DNA of 54,016 nt, the filler included, from Sphacelaria rigidula (lineage: Eukaryota): NCBI GenBank assembly GCA_964200075.2. It is 4 parts of 4 records of this genome, joined end to end, with 100 filler letters (N's around TTAATTAATTAA, not from the genome) between each part and the next. Parts side by side here need not be neighbours in the genome. Positions count along the whole stretch, not along the records: positions 1 to 13,434 come from CAXNAA020002888.1; positions 13,535 to 26,964 come from CAXNAA020002889.1; 2 more parts are not named here. The stretch is one strand, 5' to 3'. Positions 11,951-25,241 of the stretch are shown here, piece by piece; within the stretch, counting starts at the first letter, position 1, and every line of letters starts with the position of its first letter. Position numbers and translations under genes: made by a program. The notes beneath the pieces are model-generated. The model did no database searches. It saw only the letters and a program-made list of their open reading frames with translations, and had not been told where the DNA came from.

Positions 11951-13009
11951 TCAATAATAATGAAAAGTCAGCAGCAAACACAAGACCGTGCAATGGGCCG
12001 TTGGCGAGTTGAACAAGGCACAGCAGCACGGCAGCACCGGAATGCTTTGCCGCAAAAAACAATTACCCTGTCTTGAAAAAAGGCCCGGTGATGTGGAAGC
12101 CACAGTGGTGTTCAATCGTTTCAGACAAGAATCACCACTCTTATGTCCAGAGAAATGCAATCTTTCATGTGCAGCGAAAACGATGGCACTGCAAGAACAT
12201 GTCCGTTCAAAAAAATGGCCCGGTGAAATAAAAGGATCGATGAAAAAGGCCCCGTAAAAAGTTGGGCCGGCTTTAAAAAAAGACGCAACTCTTTTGTGCG
12301 AGTAAAGCACTGAAAAAACATATACGCGAGCTTTCCAAGTGAAAAAGAACATGTCAAGAATCTTCCACGCATTCCATTTTTTCGGGAAGTGCCTTCCGCT
12401 GTCATGTCTCTGCGGCACGAGAGCTACTTCGCACTCTGGCACCTCGGGAATACCACACATGTCCTACGTCAACCCACAGGGCAAACTCGTCCAGTTTTTG
12501 GTATTGCATATAACAGCGGATCCTGAAAAATGGGGCCGATCTCAAAAATGAGGTTCAAGTGGTATATCTTTTTTTGCAGGGATGACACGGCACAGTTACA
12601 CAGAGCGAAACCATTTGCCCCCCCCAAAACTCTGCAGCAGTGAATCAGTTGTGGTTAGGAGCTCACCAATGCGAAGATCGATTTCTCTCTGCCTCTCTTT
12701 TTGGACAGGACGCGCCTCTGTGCGCTGAAAAACATGCCGTTGAAAAACAGGGCAATATTCCCGTCATCGCTACTACTGTTCTCTGTCATTTATACACATG
12801 CCGGAAAGGGCGATGCTGCGGCGAAAACAACAGATAGATCCAATTTGAACTTGAGGGGTGTTATTCATCGTTGATTTTACCCGACGTGTATGTGAGTGAC
12901 TCTCTGGCTGCTTGACGACAAGAGCGTGCGAGACGCCAGTTGGGGGGGTGTACGAGAGATCAAACACTTGTGGAGACCTTCTTGACATGCGAAGGGGAAA
13001 AAGATACCT

Positions 13010-13385
13010 ATGATAGTGACCGTTGCTAGCGTAGTGCAGAGGGGTGCGTCCATGCTGCAATCTGGAGCACGCGCTGGCTGCGTGAACACCTCGGTACAGT
13101 ATCTTTCAATAATTAATTCCGATGTGGGGAGGTCATGCATTACAACCTGGGGCGAGATATGAGCCAACGAAGAACAAGGGTGCTCTATGATCAACCACTT
13201 GTGGTTGCATTTGACACCCACGCCATCAACCGCCGACCGCAAAGGTCTTGTGGCTTTCAAGCAACGCTGGCGACAGTACGGCAAGCGAGCCCGATCATAG
13301 CTAGCTTTCGTCCCTCTACTGGACTGGCTGACGTCTGCCCAGAGGTCGCCCGCCGTAGCAACATGTACCAAATTTCGCAATCTCT
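13010..13385 (-). pseudogene. Ankyrin-repeat-like exon remnants
   Basis: ttgcag|HGRTPLHYASNGHYH|gtatct at ~13010-13055. A second piece after a tttttacag acceptor (~13385) gives EIWYMLLRR / ADVSQSSRG only with frameshifts. Confidence 0.4.
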
Positions 13386-13434
13386 GTAAAAACGAAACAG
13401 TTCGGTTTTCCCAACTACATACACATGATTGGAA

Positions 13435-13534
13435 NNNNNNNNNNNNNNNNNNNNNNNNNNNNNNNNNNNNNNNNNNNNTTAATTAATTAANNNNNNNNNN
13501 NNNNNNNNNNNNNNNNNNNNNNNNNNNNNNNNNN
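13435..13534. other. Artificial contig spacer
   Basis: 44 N + TTAATTAATTAA (stops in all six frames) + 44 N. Confidence 0.98.
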
Positions 13535-13914
13535 CCGGACGGTGTGTGTGTGTGTGTGTTGTAGCTTCTCACTCGGTGAAAGGGTACGGAGCGTGCAGAG
13601 TCGCGACGTGGACTTGAACATTACGGACTTCGCAAGTCGGTTTGGGTTGAGACACAGGGTGACAGAGTAGGGGATGCGCCCACGGGAAAGCATCCCGATA
13701 CGGGAGAATGACGATCCCAGACTGGGGATTGGATGATGACAGTCCCAGGGTGACGGACCCGGGAAGACGTTCCGGGTTGACTAGCCCAGGGTTATTAGTA
13801 AACGGGTCGGGTCATACAGAGGTCATTATAACATAACTCTTGTTTACGTTACTATGTAAGCCCACATTTACTTTTATGTGTGTACTCTTTCCCCGCCTCT
13901 CCCCACCCTTCAAC

Positions 13915-14018
13915 GAGCCTGGTCAGGCAAAAATTCGGTGTGATCCGTCCCGGCTTTGTAGGGATGCGAGGTCAACCATCTCATGACTGCGGCATGCAAT
14001 ATCATGAGTACACCCCCC
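13915..14018 (+). mobile_element. 5'-truncated copy of the ~500-bp oligo-C-ended repeat
   Basis: Matches the 3' end of 48075-48592 and ends in GAGTACACCCCCC. Confidence 0.7.
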
Positions 14019-14736
14019 ACAATTCAACAATGCAGCAGTTTTGCGTACATGAACCATGGGCTTATCGTACGCGCCGTAACAATATTGTGATTTCCATCTC
14101 CGCCCTCCCCCCCTCACGAGACAGTGATTGAGCCCCCTCTTGATTCGTTACTACTGTCGTGCCGACCTACTCTCTATCATGTGAGGGGAATTTACTGGGA
14201 GAAAAAAAAAAAAAGAGAAGAAAAAGTATATGAGTGTGCTGTGGCATGGAGCTCAAGTCAATCGACCCTCCGTGAGCCACCGATGAAACCAACACCAACC
14301 ATTGAACACAAAAGCCGAGAAGATATGTTTTTCTCTTCTCTGCACTTTTTTTTACCCCATCAAGAAGCACCGACTGCCAACCAACTGTCGGAGAGAAACG
14401 TGTCTTCGTATGAAACAGAGAACAAGCTGGTATCTGCAAATCCTCTCGTTTACATTTTATGTCTAGCTTACCGATGCGTTGATGCGCTGTTGCCATGCCT
14501 TATTTCTTGACTGATTGTCGCACATTAACTCATCCCGAAGGGGTCTAGTCGTGGTCACTATCCACACGATAGACGTACTCGAGGTGAGGAATAAAAAACG
14601 GTAACACTCGCTAAAAAAATATCGAGAAACGGAAGATAAGACCAGTAATAAACGGAGTACTATAAACTGACTGCGACGGTGGAAACACGGCATGCCATGC
14701 TCAAGGCTGCAGGTGCATTATAGCCGATAACCGTAG

Positions 14737-14760
14737 CTCTCTCTCTCTCTCTCTCTCTCT
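14737..14760. repeat. (CT)n microsatellite
   Basis: Read directly. Confidence 0.9.
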
Positions 14761-16246
14761 GTTTATCTCGTCGTGGTGTTTGCACATTTTGGGGCATTGG
14801 TTCGCTTCGGAGCTTTTGGGAGGACCTCCCTCGTGGGGTCGTGTAAACAGTTTGTCAAGTCAGTCACACACAAAAAGAGTCAGCCCAAAGTCATGGCATT
14901 AGCCACAGCAGCCCTTCTGGACTCGTATCTAATTTACCGTTACGTCAACAACTATCCCAAATCACACCACAGACACCAGACATTTGTGGTGCTCTTGCTG
15001 GTGTTGCTATCCCATACTCGACACATAGGCAAGCCCTTGCATAGAACCCCGCGGCTGCACCGGCGCCCGGTTCCATGGTCAGGCAAAGGTGATGTGCACA
15101 CATGAGAACAGAGTGCTTCCACGGAAGATGGGCTACAGTATCGCAGGGGCGCTGTGTGGGTACTCTAGTCGTAGGGTCTGGGTTCGTGGATGTGCCGCAG
15201 TACTGTGGTGGAGTACACACAGCTTGGTAACGTAGTCCTAGAGGAAAGGAATGTTTCCTCGAAAAAGTGAGGCTCTCGTGCGGGATCTCGGAGCTCGCAA
15301 GCTGTTGATCGTGGAAAATGACTATCAGGGATGTTGTTTAGGGGACCGGGATTGCGGGACACTGTGAATGGCAAGAACATGCCATTCAAATGTCGATCTG
15401 TGTGCCCTATGCTAAATCCAAGTTTCAGGTCGACATGATTTATTCGAATCCTTGTACGGTGTTTGATGTATTGAATTGACTACATCCAAAGAATATTGGT
15501 GTCAGTTTGCCTCTTACATCACCCGAATACTCTCAATAACACCCCCTTCATTTATTGTTCCGATATGAGATGTAGCGCCCAAGCGGTTGTGTGCAGGTTC
15601 AAAACAAAAAAACATTGCTACTTTTGATTCAGCAATTCACAAGACCTGTTCCTGCGCGAAACTCGGTGATCCATCTTGAGGTGTTTTTGACGAGTAACCC
15701 GAGCCCAACACCACTCTCTAGGGAAGCAATTCGCTACAGTAGGAGGAAGGAGGGCATGGACCTGTCACATATGTAGACACTCTTGTTGAGCCTTCATAAA
15801 TGCATAGTGTGCAGCAGGTATCGATCAAGCACAACACTTTAGAACACGGACATGATCCCGACCAGCGTCGGGGCTTCCCCCCTACCGCAGTTACACTAGA
15901 CTAGCTCAGAGCAACAGCGGCGCAGAGGACACCCATATACGCATGAAAAAAACACAAGACGCGCTACAGGAGAGACTAAACATGGAGCATGCTGCAAAAC
16001 AGAGCTCCCGGGGCAACGCACCCATCCAACGTCGCCGAAAAACCCGTGAAACGTTGCCCGTGGTACACGGGAACGGGACGGCGTCACACTTGGCCTGTGA
16101 CCACCAAGAAATTCCACTTGACAGCCCTGAATACAAACGAAGCACACAATCCCTCGCCCAAATCATCTCTAGCTCGAACACACATACACAGATGGCATAC
16201 CAAGACAAGCAACCGCAAAAACTCACACAGACAGAGACGCCCGTAC

Positions 16247-17917
16247 TTACTTGTGGTCCACGACATTGTTCAAAAACCAGCCTTGCTGCAAAGCCATCTC
16301 TTCGAGGGCGGCCTCCAGCGCAGGCCCGTTTCTCATCCGGTCCTCCTCCTCTCGAAGCGCGTTGGTGCCAGGTATCAATTCCACTTCAGTCTTCGCGGTT
16401 TCTCCCTTGTCAGGCGGAAGCTTTTTTTTTTCACACCGACATACATGAGGCCCATGACAACACGTTTCGACAGCGTGACATGGGACTTGGAATAGGAAAA
16501 TAGTGCAATACATGTGGTTTCTTGAAATGGCCAGGTAGCAATACTGCTCAGTTTGAATAGGAACAGCAGTGCGGTGTTAATTCAATGATGGTGTGATGGG
16601 TGTACGAGCGATTGGTTGAAGGTCTAGCCCAAGGGGACACAAACCACGTCAGAGCTTATCGGGTGATTTCATGCAGCGCGTGACCGACTTTATCGGCGTG
16701 GTCACTAAGCAAGGCACCAGTGGCGCGGGAACCGTTCGACCTCCAGCGCGGGCGATCTGGGTATCATATTCATTTTTCGAGAAAAAGCGTTGCCGATTCA
16801 ACAGATATCCACTCTGGTGGTGAAAGGGTTTATCTGAGGCACCACTGGTTTGGGATCATAGTCGGTGAAAATCTGAAAAAGGATGTTAGAGGGGAGGGAG
16901 GGCGTACTCATTTGTTGCTTGCCTTGACCGTTTGACCATATTGACCACGCATCCCTTTCGAGACGGAGCACCGTTCCATGGGTCGGACGAATCAATGATT
17001 CGTCTGGATATTACTTGATTTTAATGTGATAGATTCGTACCGTGCAAATCAATCCTTATGAAAAAAAAATCAGCGTTGCAACCCAGATACGCGCAGCCCA
17101 GGCACGTGGAATGGCGTAATGATTGCGTGGACACCTTTCAGATCACCGGTGAACTTGTTTCTCTTTGTTGAGCAATCAGGCCTGAAAAGTCGCGGATTTG
17201 GTGATTCGAATCGGCGATGATTCGTCCGAACCGTGTACCGCTCCTACTGCTAAATGGAGACACTTCCAACATTCCGGTGCTCACACGTTTTTTCCATACA
17301 TGACACAAAAACCCTTTACATATCTTACCCCCGTCCTGTTTCGTCGTCTGTGGCCATCTGTTTCCTAGTGTAGCCATCGTTTTCTCCCTACTGTTGTCTA
17401 ATGCATCAAACTATTTCATGCCACCGTCGCTTACTTGCCCCATTTCCCTCTGTAGCACGTCCCGTTTCTCTTTGTATACTTCACATTCTGCCACTATATA
17501 GTTTTACTCTCTATTGTTTCGCCACGGGAGCAATTCTATGCATCTACTTTCTCCTCCACTCGACTGCTGGTATATGACCTTCTTCTTCCTGGTAGGTTCA
17601 AAGAATGAAGCTATACCACACATCATTAAATACTGGAAATCTTCCACGTTCAGGGGAAAAGTACACACTACCCAAAAGCAAGATCACACCGCGTGAAATA
17701 TTTCCCACCCCCGTGTCCCTCCCCACTACATGCATTATCTTCCTCCATAATCACCTTCATTAACCCGTGTTTATCTTCATCGTTGTACACCCTAGGCTTG
17801 CTCGCAGCTGCTACTACGACACCAGCACTATTATGCGCACCGCCAGGCGCACCCTTTCCGGCCATCATCTTCCCCACGCCCACCGGAGCAGTCAGATTCC
17901 TCCCCGCGCCCCCAATG

Positions 17918-17949
<32 letters not shown>

Positions 17950-20900
17950 CATCGCCGCCTGTCCGTTGTTGACCGGTGGAGCAGGTGCAGCAGCGGCTGA
18001 GGCAGCCGCTGCTGCTGCCGTCGCCGCCGCTGCTGCTGTGGCGGCCTGGTGCTGTTGTTGTTGCTGGTGGAGGTGCTGCTGGTGTATGCGATACTGCTGT
18101 GCTGCCTTCTGCTGATGAGCGTGCTGAGCAGCCGCCGTGTTTGCTGCGGTAACGGCTGTGGCCGTAGGCGTTGCCGCCACCGTTGTCACCTGCTGTTGCT
18201 GCTGTTGCGGTTGTTGGTGGTGGTGTTGCTGCTGCTGCTGCTGCTGTTGTTGTTGTACTGGTTGTTGCTGATGATGCACGGCGGGGGCTTGTTGAGCAGC
18301 AGGGGCAGCAACCGTGGAGCTTGTCACAACTGCGGGGCTTGCTGCCGCCGTAGCCGTGGTGGCACCGGTGACGGCGGCTTGTTGCGGTGTAAGGGCGTAC
18401 TATTGTGAGGGATGGAGTAGGGGGGGGGGGGGGAGTGCAAAGGAGTGGACGGGTCGCCAAGCGAGGAGCGGGGGAGGAGGAGGGGCACACGTTGACAAAA
18501 CAAGTGGCATGTTTGTGTGGAGGGTATACTCATGGTCTTACTTGCCGTAGTCATATGACCATTGACCCCGCATCCCTACAAAGCCAGGACGGAGCGCGCC
18601 GGCGTTTTGTCGGACCAGGTTTGTAATCCATCACTAAGCGCGAAGCGCCGTGATGTGGTCGGCGAGTTGCACCAGGGGCGAGCAACATCCTGATAAGATA
18701 GTTCGGCCCGAGGCGTGCTATTCATCTTGCAAACGAATGACAGCCTCGACAGAGTTGCTTCAGTTTCTAGTATCTCCACTTCTCGAGACAGCCACGGGGT
18801 ACACTGCCTTATGGATGTCTCACCATTCAAAACATTTCGTGGTACGATCATCCCCTTTGCGTGGAGGTGGGGTTGCCCTCGCACACTATGATCTAGCTTG
18901 ACCACTATCTTGGTCACCGCTAAGAAAAACGCAAGGAAAAAAATCAACGGTAGCCTGGTTGCCTAGCTTACGCAGTGAGTGATGTGTTTTACAGCGCCGT
19001 TTCCAACCGACGCCACCCCGTGCGGGAGACGTGCTTGCCGGGGGGACGCAACCAGGCCACGACGGCACAGAGCGAAAAATCGAAAGCTACTCGGTTTTCC
19101 GTTGGTCGAGAGGTGAAGTCCAGCGCCACCTCTACATGACGTTACGGCACGTACCCTTTGTGTACCTGTGCATGCAATAGACGTTGATGCCGCACCAGTG
19201 AAGATGCATACACAAACAGGATATGTTTTTCTTGCGTGTTCACGCAACAACACAGTACTCGAGAACACACAAGAGTTTGAAACTCCCTCTCTCCCCCCTC
19301 CCACCCTCCCACCCTCCCCCAAACACACACGTGCGCACGCACACACACCTGAGGTGCTGGTGTTGGTGTCGAAGGAGTCGTCGCTATATGAGGTACCGGA
19401 GGCGGCGCAACAGCAGGAGTCGCACCAGGAGTGGGGGAACCCAAGATTGCCCCACCCCCCGTGGCAACGGGAGTCGCGAATGACCGCGCCGCCGCTGCGG
19501 CCGCTGCCGCCGGAGCGGCCGCGAGGTTGTGTTGTTGAGGGGGTGGCGGCTGCTGAGCGGCTGCTGGTGCTACAGGAGCGACGGTGGCCATCGGCGCGGC
19601 GGTTCCAAATTTCCCAACCGGACGCGTTGCCGCGGATTGTAAATGAGCAGAGTTAGGGCTGGGCACCGAACTGGCGGGAGTAGGTGGAGGCGGGGACGAA
19701 GCCCCGCCTGGTCGGCCCCCCACTTGCACCTGCTAATTTCACGAAAACACTGGGATCAATAACATTAACATTAACTTGAGCGGTCTCCAAGTTTCAGAGT
19801 CACACCTCCCGGTCCCTCCACCCCGACGGACAAAAGGAATGGGGGTCCGTGGCACTGTAGCCAACCACAGCCATTCGATATCAATGTGCACAACGCCGCT
19901 CGAAATGCACCACGATCAACTTATGCATGACTAATCAAAACGACTGATCAAAACGACTCCACACGACCATCACAACCTAAGATATTCACGGCAAAATGAA
20001 ACGGGACGTTGATTATTTTTCGTTTTTCGAAAAACGACTGGCCGGGACGATAACTGTTGATTTCTTTGTTGCCCACAGAAAAAAAAAATGGAACAGGTTC
20101 CGTTCCGTCTGTACGGGAAATGTCTGCAAACATTATCTTGCAAACGGTTGATCATGAAGATTGTAATTGTGCTTTATGCAACCGCTCACGACTGTGCTGG
20201 ACGGGGCGGAATGTGACTGTGTGACTCGCATAGGGATCGCTCAAAACCGGCCGGAAAATTTTGCTCTCGGTCACTTTCTATTTTTTGCGTGATCAACATT
20301 TCCTACACCAGGCAACAATTCGAACATACCCCTCGAAACTTTCTCAATTTCTCGTGATTGGACACAATATCCTGTTGCATTGACAGGATGCCCCGTAAGG
20401 ATGGGACGCCCCGTAAAAAACAAGGGGATATATCAGCGGACATCCCCTGAGGACGGAGCGAAGGCGGGTAAATACAGGAAGGGATCGGGGCAGGACAGAA
20501 ACGCCTCCTGCTGCTAAAGGTATCACGGATTTAGAAGGGGAAATTGGAAATAATTGGGGACGGGCAGGCACGGAAACTCCATCCCTGGAAACAAATCACA
20601 GCAAGTCGGGAAAATCCGTTCCGCCCGGGAGGAAAATTTACGTAAGATTTTCCCCTGGAAGCCCGGATTTTAGCTCTCGAAACACCAACAAACTACAGTT
20701 ACACTCATCAGCAAACACATGGTGAACTAAATAGGTCCCATGAACACACCCAGTCCATGACTCCTTGTATCCCATGCAAGTACATCCTCATTCCCGGTAA
20801 GTTGTTCTGCATTATACAAGTACCAACTAAATGTTCACCAAATCAAAGGCCAGCGCATCTGTTTCAAATCCCAGACTTTCAGCAAGCACGCGTGGAACAC

Positions 20901-23900
20901 GTTTTGTACCATAACTTCGTGAGACATGGCGACAAAGATAGGAAGGCGTGCGCTCCGCACGCATGTCCATCACTCGGAAATGACAAATCACAGAATTCGA
21001 AACAAAAGCGGAATCGGCGAGAGCTGGCGCTTTTCGTTTTGTTGTCATCATCGTCTTCATATTTTGAGCTGTGATGATACACCGTTTCCGAAAAAACCAA
21101 GCACACACACGCACCGAGATACAGTATATATTTTCTCTCATTAGCCACTTGGACCAGAACACCACTCCATTCAGACGACATGGCACCGAATCATTGGTGA
21201 ACTTTGTCGGGCAGGTACACTGCACGTATGTCGCGGTAGTTTTTCAACCTCTAAATGACAAAATGACATGAAAAAATCAAAACGCGAGCGCCGACAAACA
21301 ACAGAAAACCAACACACCGGAATACCACGCAAAGAGCACCCTCATGGAATCACACAGGGGAGCACACACGCGCACCTTCCGCGGTGGCTGTACGACCTCC
21401 ACGTCCGGTTGCCCAACGCTTACTACGCTGACGTTGTTCGCCACAGGTACGGCGCCGGCTGGAACACCGACGACCCCATTCCCTGCTGCCGTCGGTACCG
21501 GTACACCACCGCCAGCCAACGCCCGCACACTGCTCGCCGATCCGTTGGAAGACGCGGGAGACATAGATCCATTGAACTGTGGTGACCCACCAATAGCCAC
21601 AGCCACACCCCCGCCTGCACTACTTCCGCCCCTGACGGTACCGGTACTGCTGCTGACGGCTTGGCGGTTGACCTCCACTCGCTTAGCTTTGTCCACTCTT
21701 GCTTTTACGGCGGCGTACGCCTGGTCTGACCGGATCGTCATCTCCCGCGTGATGTCGATGTGGTTTTTGATGAGCTCCAGCTTAAGCCCTAGCTTGACAA
21801 GTTCGTCGAGGAATATCTTGTTCTGAGTCTGCACAAGCCTGGTCATGATCGCCGTGTCGTACGTAATTTTCTTCCTCTCCTTCCGGTGCTCCAGCACCCT
21901 CGCGTTCATCCGCTGCGCCAGATTATGCATGCACGCGTGTTATTGTTGTTATTGTTTGATTTTTTTCGTGTCTTGAACACGAGAGACAGAACACGGAAAG
22001 GAACCGTGCGCGTCAAAAAGCATCGAGATGAACCTCTTGCCAAAATTATGAACGTTTTGGCCGTGCTGTGTAGAGCACATTATTACACGCGCGAGCAGCG
22101 CATCGGCGGAGCCGAGGCTCTCCCGGCATCCCCTTCGATGACTCGTCACCGACTCAATCCGGACACCCGGCTACAACCAGTGACATCGGTAATTTTGTAG
22201 ATTGCCAGCTGCATCGCAACGCTGTTACCAGACAATCATCACTCATCTTCCTGCACATGTGCACTTGTTTGTGGCGAACAGAAATAAGATGAAAGCTATT
22301 TTCAAGTGTAACAAAATGCCGCATGATTCACCACGGATGCGTCCGGACGTTGGATAATGACGTCCGCTCTGCCCCCCACCACCCCTCCCCTCCCCTTCGC
22401 TCGAAAAATTGTGCTTGACTACGCCGCAGAATTTGCCAGTCAACGGCGTACGAGGCATACATACATTAGGAGCGCGACGGAAATGGTACGGTGTAGAGGT
22501 TTGCATACGATAGGGTCACTCACGGCAAAGAACATGAGCAAATGGCATCTTGGAGTCGAAAGAGGGGCGGAGGAGCTCGAGGACACATGGCGACGCGAAG
22601 ACAAACGAGAATCGGACCGCCGTCACAAACGAGGGGTTGCTTCTTCGAGAGCCGCCGATCGGAAATCCTGTCTGTGCCTATCGGTTCTTGATTTTGTCCC
22701 TGGTCGATGTTTTTGCGGTGCCCCCTGATGTGTGTGTCTGTACCTGCTCTGCTGCTCTGAATCCTTCGGGTTTCACTACTCCTGTGGTCTCCTTCTCTGC
22801 TCTCCCTTCCCCCATATTTCTTTCCATGTATGTTATATTTCCTGCCGGGGTACGCCACAGCAGCTTGGTACCTCACTTCAGCAGGGTTCATGGATAAGAG
22901 GTTTATACCCCAAAATGTGAAAGACAAGCCGCAAACTTTTCCCAAGGCGGCCTCTTGTTTTCCCGAGTGGGTATGGGTGGAATTTCTGCGCAAGATATCG
23001 AAGTCACGTGGCAGAGGCTGATCATTTCTTCTTCGTTTCCTTTTTCTGTCGTCTTTTTTTTTTTCCTATTATGTTGGTCTATTCCACGGTTAGGACAAAT
23101 CATCACGGGTTCGAATCACCAAATCCACGATTTCTTCGGCCTGATCGCCCTAAAGGGAGGAAAAAGTTGACTGCTCGTCCAAGGGGTATCCACGCGACTT
23201 TTGCGCCATTCTACGTGTCTGGGCTGCGTGTACCTGGGTTGCAACGCTGGAAACAAATCCTAGGGGTTGATTTTTACGATTCAAATCAATTACACTAAAA
23301 CCATGTAATTTCCAGACGATTTATTGATTTGTCCGACCCTTGGTCTATTCTACCTCTTCCGCCTTTTCTCCACTTCAGCGAGTGTTCCAGCTTTGTTCTT
23401 GTCTTGGGTACGCCCATAATGCGGATAGTGACCACTACTTGATGCCTGGGAGGGTCAATTGAAGTACGAAAATCAATACATTAGAACGTCAATAGGTCGT
23501 TTGTGGTAGGCATCAGCTTCTGCTCAGAACAGCCAATTCAAACACGGAAAAGCGATCAACGTGTTGAACTGCCGGCTCGGTCCGCCATTGACAAGCACGC
23601 GAGACAAGAAAAAAAAAAGTCAAGCCTGGTTTTGTTTTCTGCTACTAATGAGTTTTCCCTGAGAGACGGAACCCAAGTAACTAAAGGCGGTACGGCTATC
23701 TCTCAACAGGGTAATGAGAAATGACGCAGTTCCGCATCTCCATGAAAAAGTAAGACAAAGGCCCTGATCCATTTTCAAGTTTTTTTCAGAGCAGATCACA
23801 TATTCGGCTCAAGATTCGTCCCGTGTACCGTTCGTGTTGAGCAATAGTGGGTTCCAGCGCCACAACCCCCTCTCCTCACCTTGGTGGCCGAATCCAGATT

Positions 23901-23993
23901 TTTTCTGATGCTCTCCGCGCCAATGTTGGTCTGAGGATCAACCTTCATGTGCGCTTCATAGATCATCTGCGGGAGATCTCTCAGCACGCTCAT
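16247..23993 (-). CDS. Unknown ~610-aa protein: helical/coiled-coil N-terminus, long Ala/Pro/Gln-rich region, short helical C-terminus (5 coding exons)
   Basis: Exons 23993-23880, 21912-21376, 19729-19349, 18399-17755 and 16405(or 16420)-16247. All junctions are GT-AG and phase 0, giving one open frame (MSVLRDLPQ...SATK|RMNARV...PPRK|VQVGG...PAPQ|YALTPQQ...GLMK|GETAKTEV...VVDHK*). Possible 5' UTR donor near 24295. The last junction is the least certain. Confidence 0.8.
16889..16960 (-). mobile_element. 3'-end fragment of the oligo-C-ended repeat
   Basis: Reverse complement ends ...GGCAAGCAACAAATGAGTACGCCCTCCCTCCCC. Confidence 0.6.
16977..17235 (+). mobile_element. hAT-type MITE (~260 bp), copy 1
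   Basis: TIRs CATGGGTCGGACGAATCA / TGATTCGTCCGAACCGTG; 8-bp TSD caccgttc/taccgctc (6/8). Confidence 0.8.
18050..18275 (-). repeat. Coding CAG/CAA/CAC repeats (polyQ/His tract)
   Basis: Encodes QQQPVQQQQQQQQQQHHHQQPQQQQQQ and a second Q-rich run in exon 4. Confidence 0.9.
18522..19019 (-). mobile_element. Full-length copy of the ~500-bp oligo-C-ended repeat (intronic)
   Basis: Starts GGGGTGGCGTCGGTTGG and ends GAGTATACCCTCC; collinear with 48075-48592. Confidence 0.8.
19978..20667. mobile_element. Degenerate TIR element with GGGACG/CGTCCC motifs (same family as 51375-51987)
   Basis: Decayed ends ATATTCACGGCAAAA and TTTCCCCTGGAAGCCC; repeated GGGACG-like motifs. Confidence 0.4.
23085..23342 (-). 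mobile_element. hAT-type MITE (~260 bp), copy 2
   Basis: TIRs CACGGTTAGGACAAATCA / TGATTTGTCCGACCCTTG; perfect 8-bp TSD GTCTATTC at 23077-23084 and 23343-23350. Confidence 0.9.
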
Positions 23994-25085
23994 CTGATAG
24001 TGTTTGAGGTTGTAAAACACGCAATTCCACACAGCTGCGTTTTCCAGAACCACATGTCGTGGGAATGGTGCCGGTGGGTCGAATGGGGATGGGGGTGCGG
24101 TCAGCATGTGGTTCAACGGCACAACACGCGATGGGCGAGGAAGACTTCCCGTGGATGTACTTTTCACTACCATGTGCATATACTAGTGAACATAGTCTTG
24201 AAAAACAATCACGCGCCAAGGAAAAACCTCAAGGCAGGCTTGAGCATCCATAAAACTGTGACTTTGGTGGCACTTACAAGAATGATAAAACTCACCCCTT
24301 TCGTGCCAAGAGACGAACGACAGTCAGCACAGGGGGTTGGACGTCTCTCTGCCCCTTCCCTCTCGCCCCCCCTCCCTCTACTGTGACCTCCTCTGTCACC
24401 GCCTGAACCTGGCCGGGTCTATACAGTACTTTAATCTTGCACACTCTGGACAATGGCATTAGGTTATATTGCCAAGAAGTCTTTTGCGTACAGTATCGAA
24501 TCTATTTGCCCATTATTTCAAAAAACAATATATTCGATACCGGACGCAGTACAATTATTGCCGATGTAATATATGGTCGTTGTCCAGGGTGCGCCGTCTT
24601 GTGACCACGGCCGCATTTCTAGGGAGTCAGCTCATGTGTGACACTCCATCTATCAATCAACCAATAATTAATCAAAGTCCGTCCACGAATGTGTTCTTCT
24701 GTGGCTCAGGTTTGGTGGGAGATACAGGTTGCTCAGTACATACTTGCTCACAGTGCAACAATAGTTCTCAACGCTCGCTCGCTACTCGAGTTGAGCAGAG
24801 CACAGGACTGACAATGTCTGGCGGATAAAATAGTTGAATCAAGAGTAACATTGAGTACGGGGTAATGTCAACCCTCCAGAGCCTAGAGCCCACAAACGAC
24901 AAAAGTGGGGGTACTCCGGCAGATCATTACTGTTTAATGGCACATATAATCAACATCGACTATAAACGCATACAAAAATGTGCAGTCAGGACGGCATATC
25001 TGCAGTACATACGGCACGGCACGGCATGGCACAGCACAGCACAGCACAGCAGTCCCATGTACATATCTGTATGCGGACCTGGCAG

Positions 25086-25241
25086 CGACATATTCGGGTC
25101 CAGAAACCATCTCACGAAGGCAGCGTTCCAACCTGTGCGGCATGCGCCACGCGAAACTGTGTCAAGTTCACATGTGCAGTTGCCGGGGAGTTGTACAAGC
25201 TCATGGTGGAATCTACCGTTGCTCCGTCACTCGGAAATCGT
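25086..25241 (+). CDS. Candidate exon of a divergent gene; frame unresolved
   Basis: cag acceptor before 25086 and a strong GTGAGT donor at 25242. All three frames are open and no product is recognisable. Confidence 0.3.

Noticed and set aside
13479..13490. TTAATTAATTAA as a biological motif (also 27009-27020, 40539-40550)
   Set aside because: It is centred in N runs three times identically; an assembly linker.
14892..15240. Small plus-strand gene
   Set aside because: Candidate exons hit stops or give no recognisable product.
17693..18550. Antisense and alternative-frame ORFs over the polyQ/polyA exon
   Set aside because: Shadow ORFs of a GC-rich low-complexity exon.
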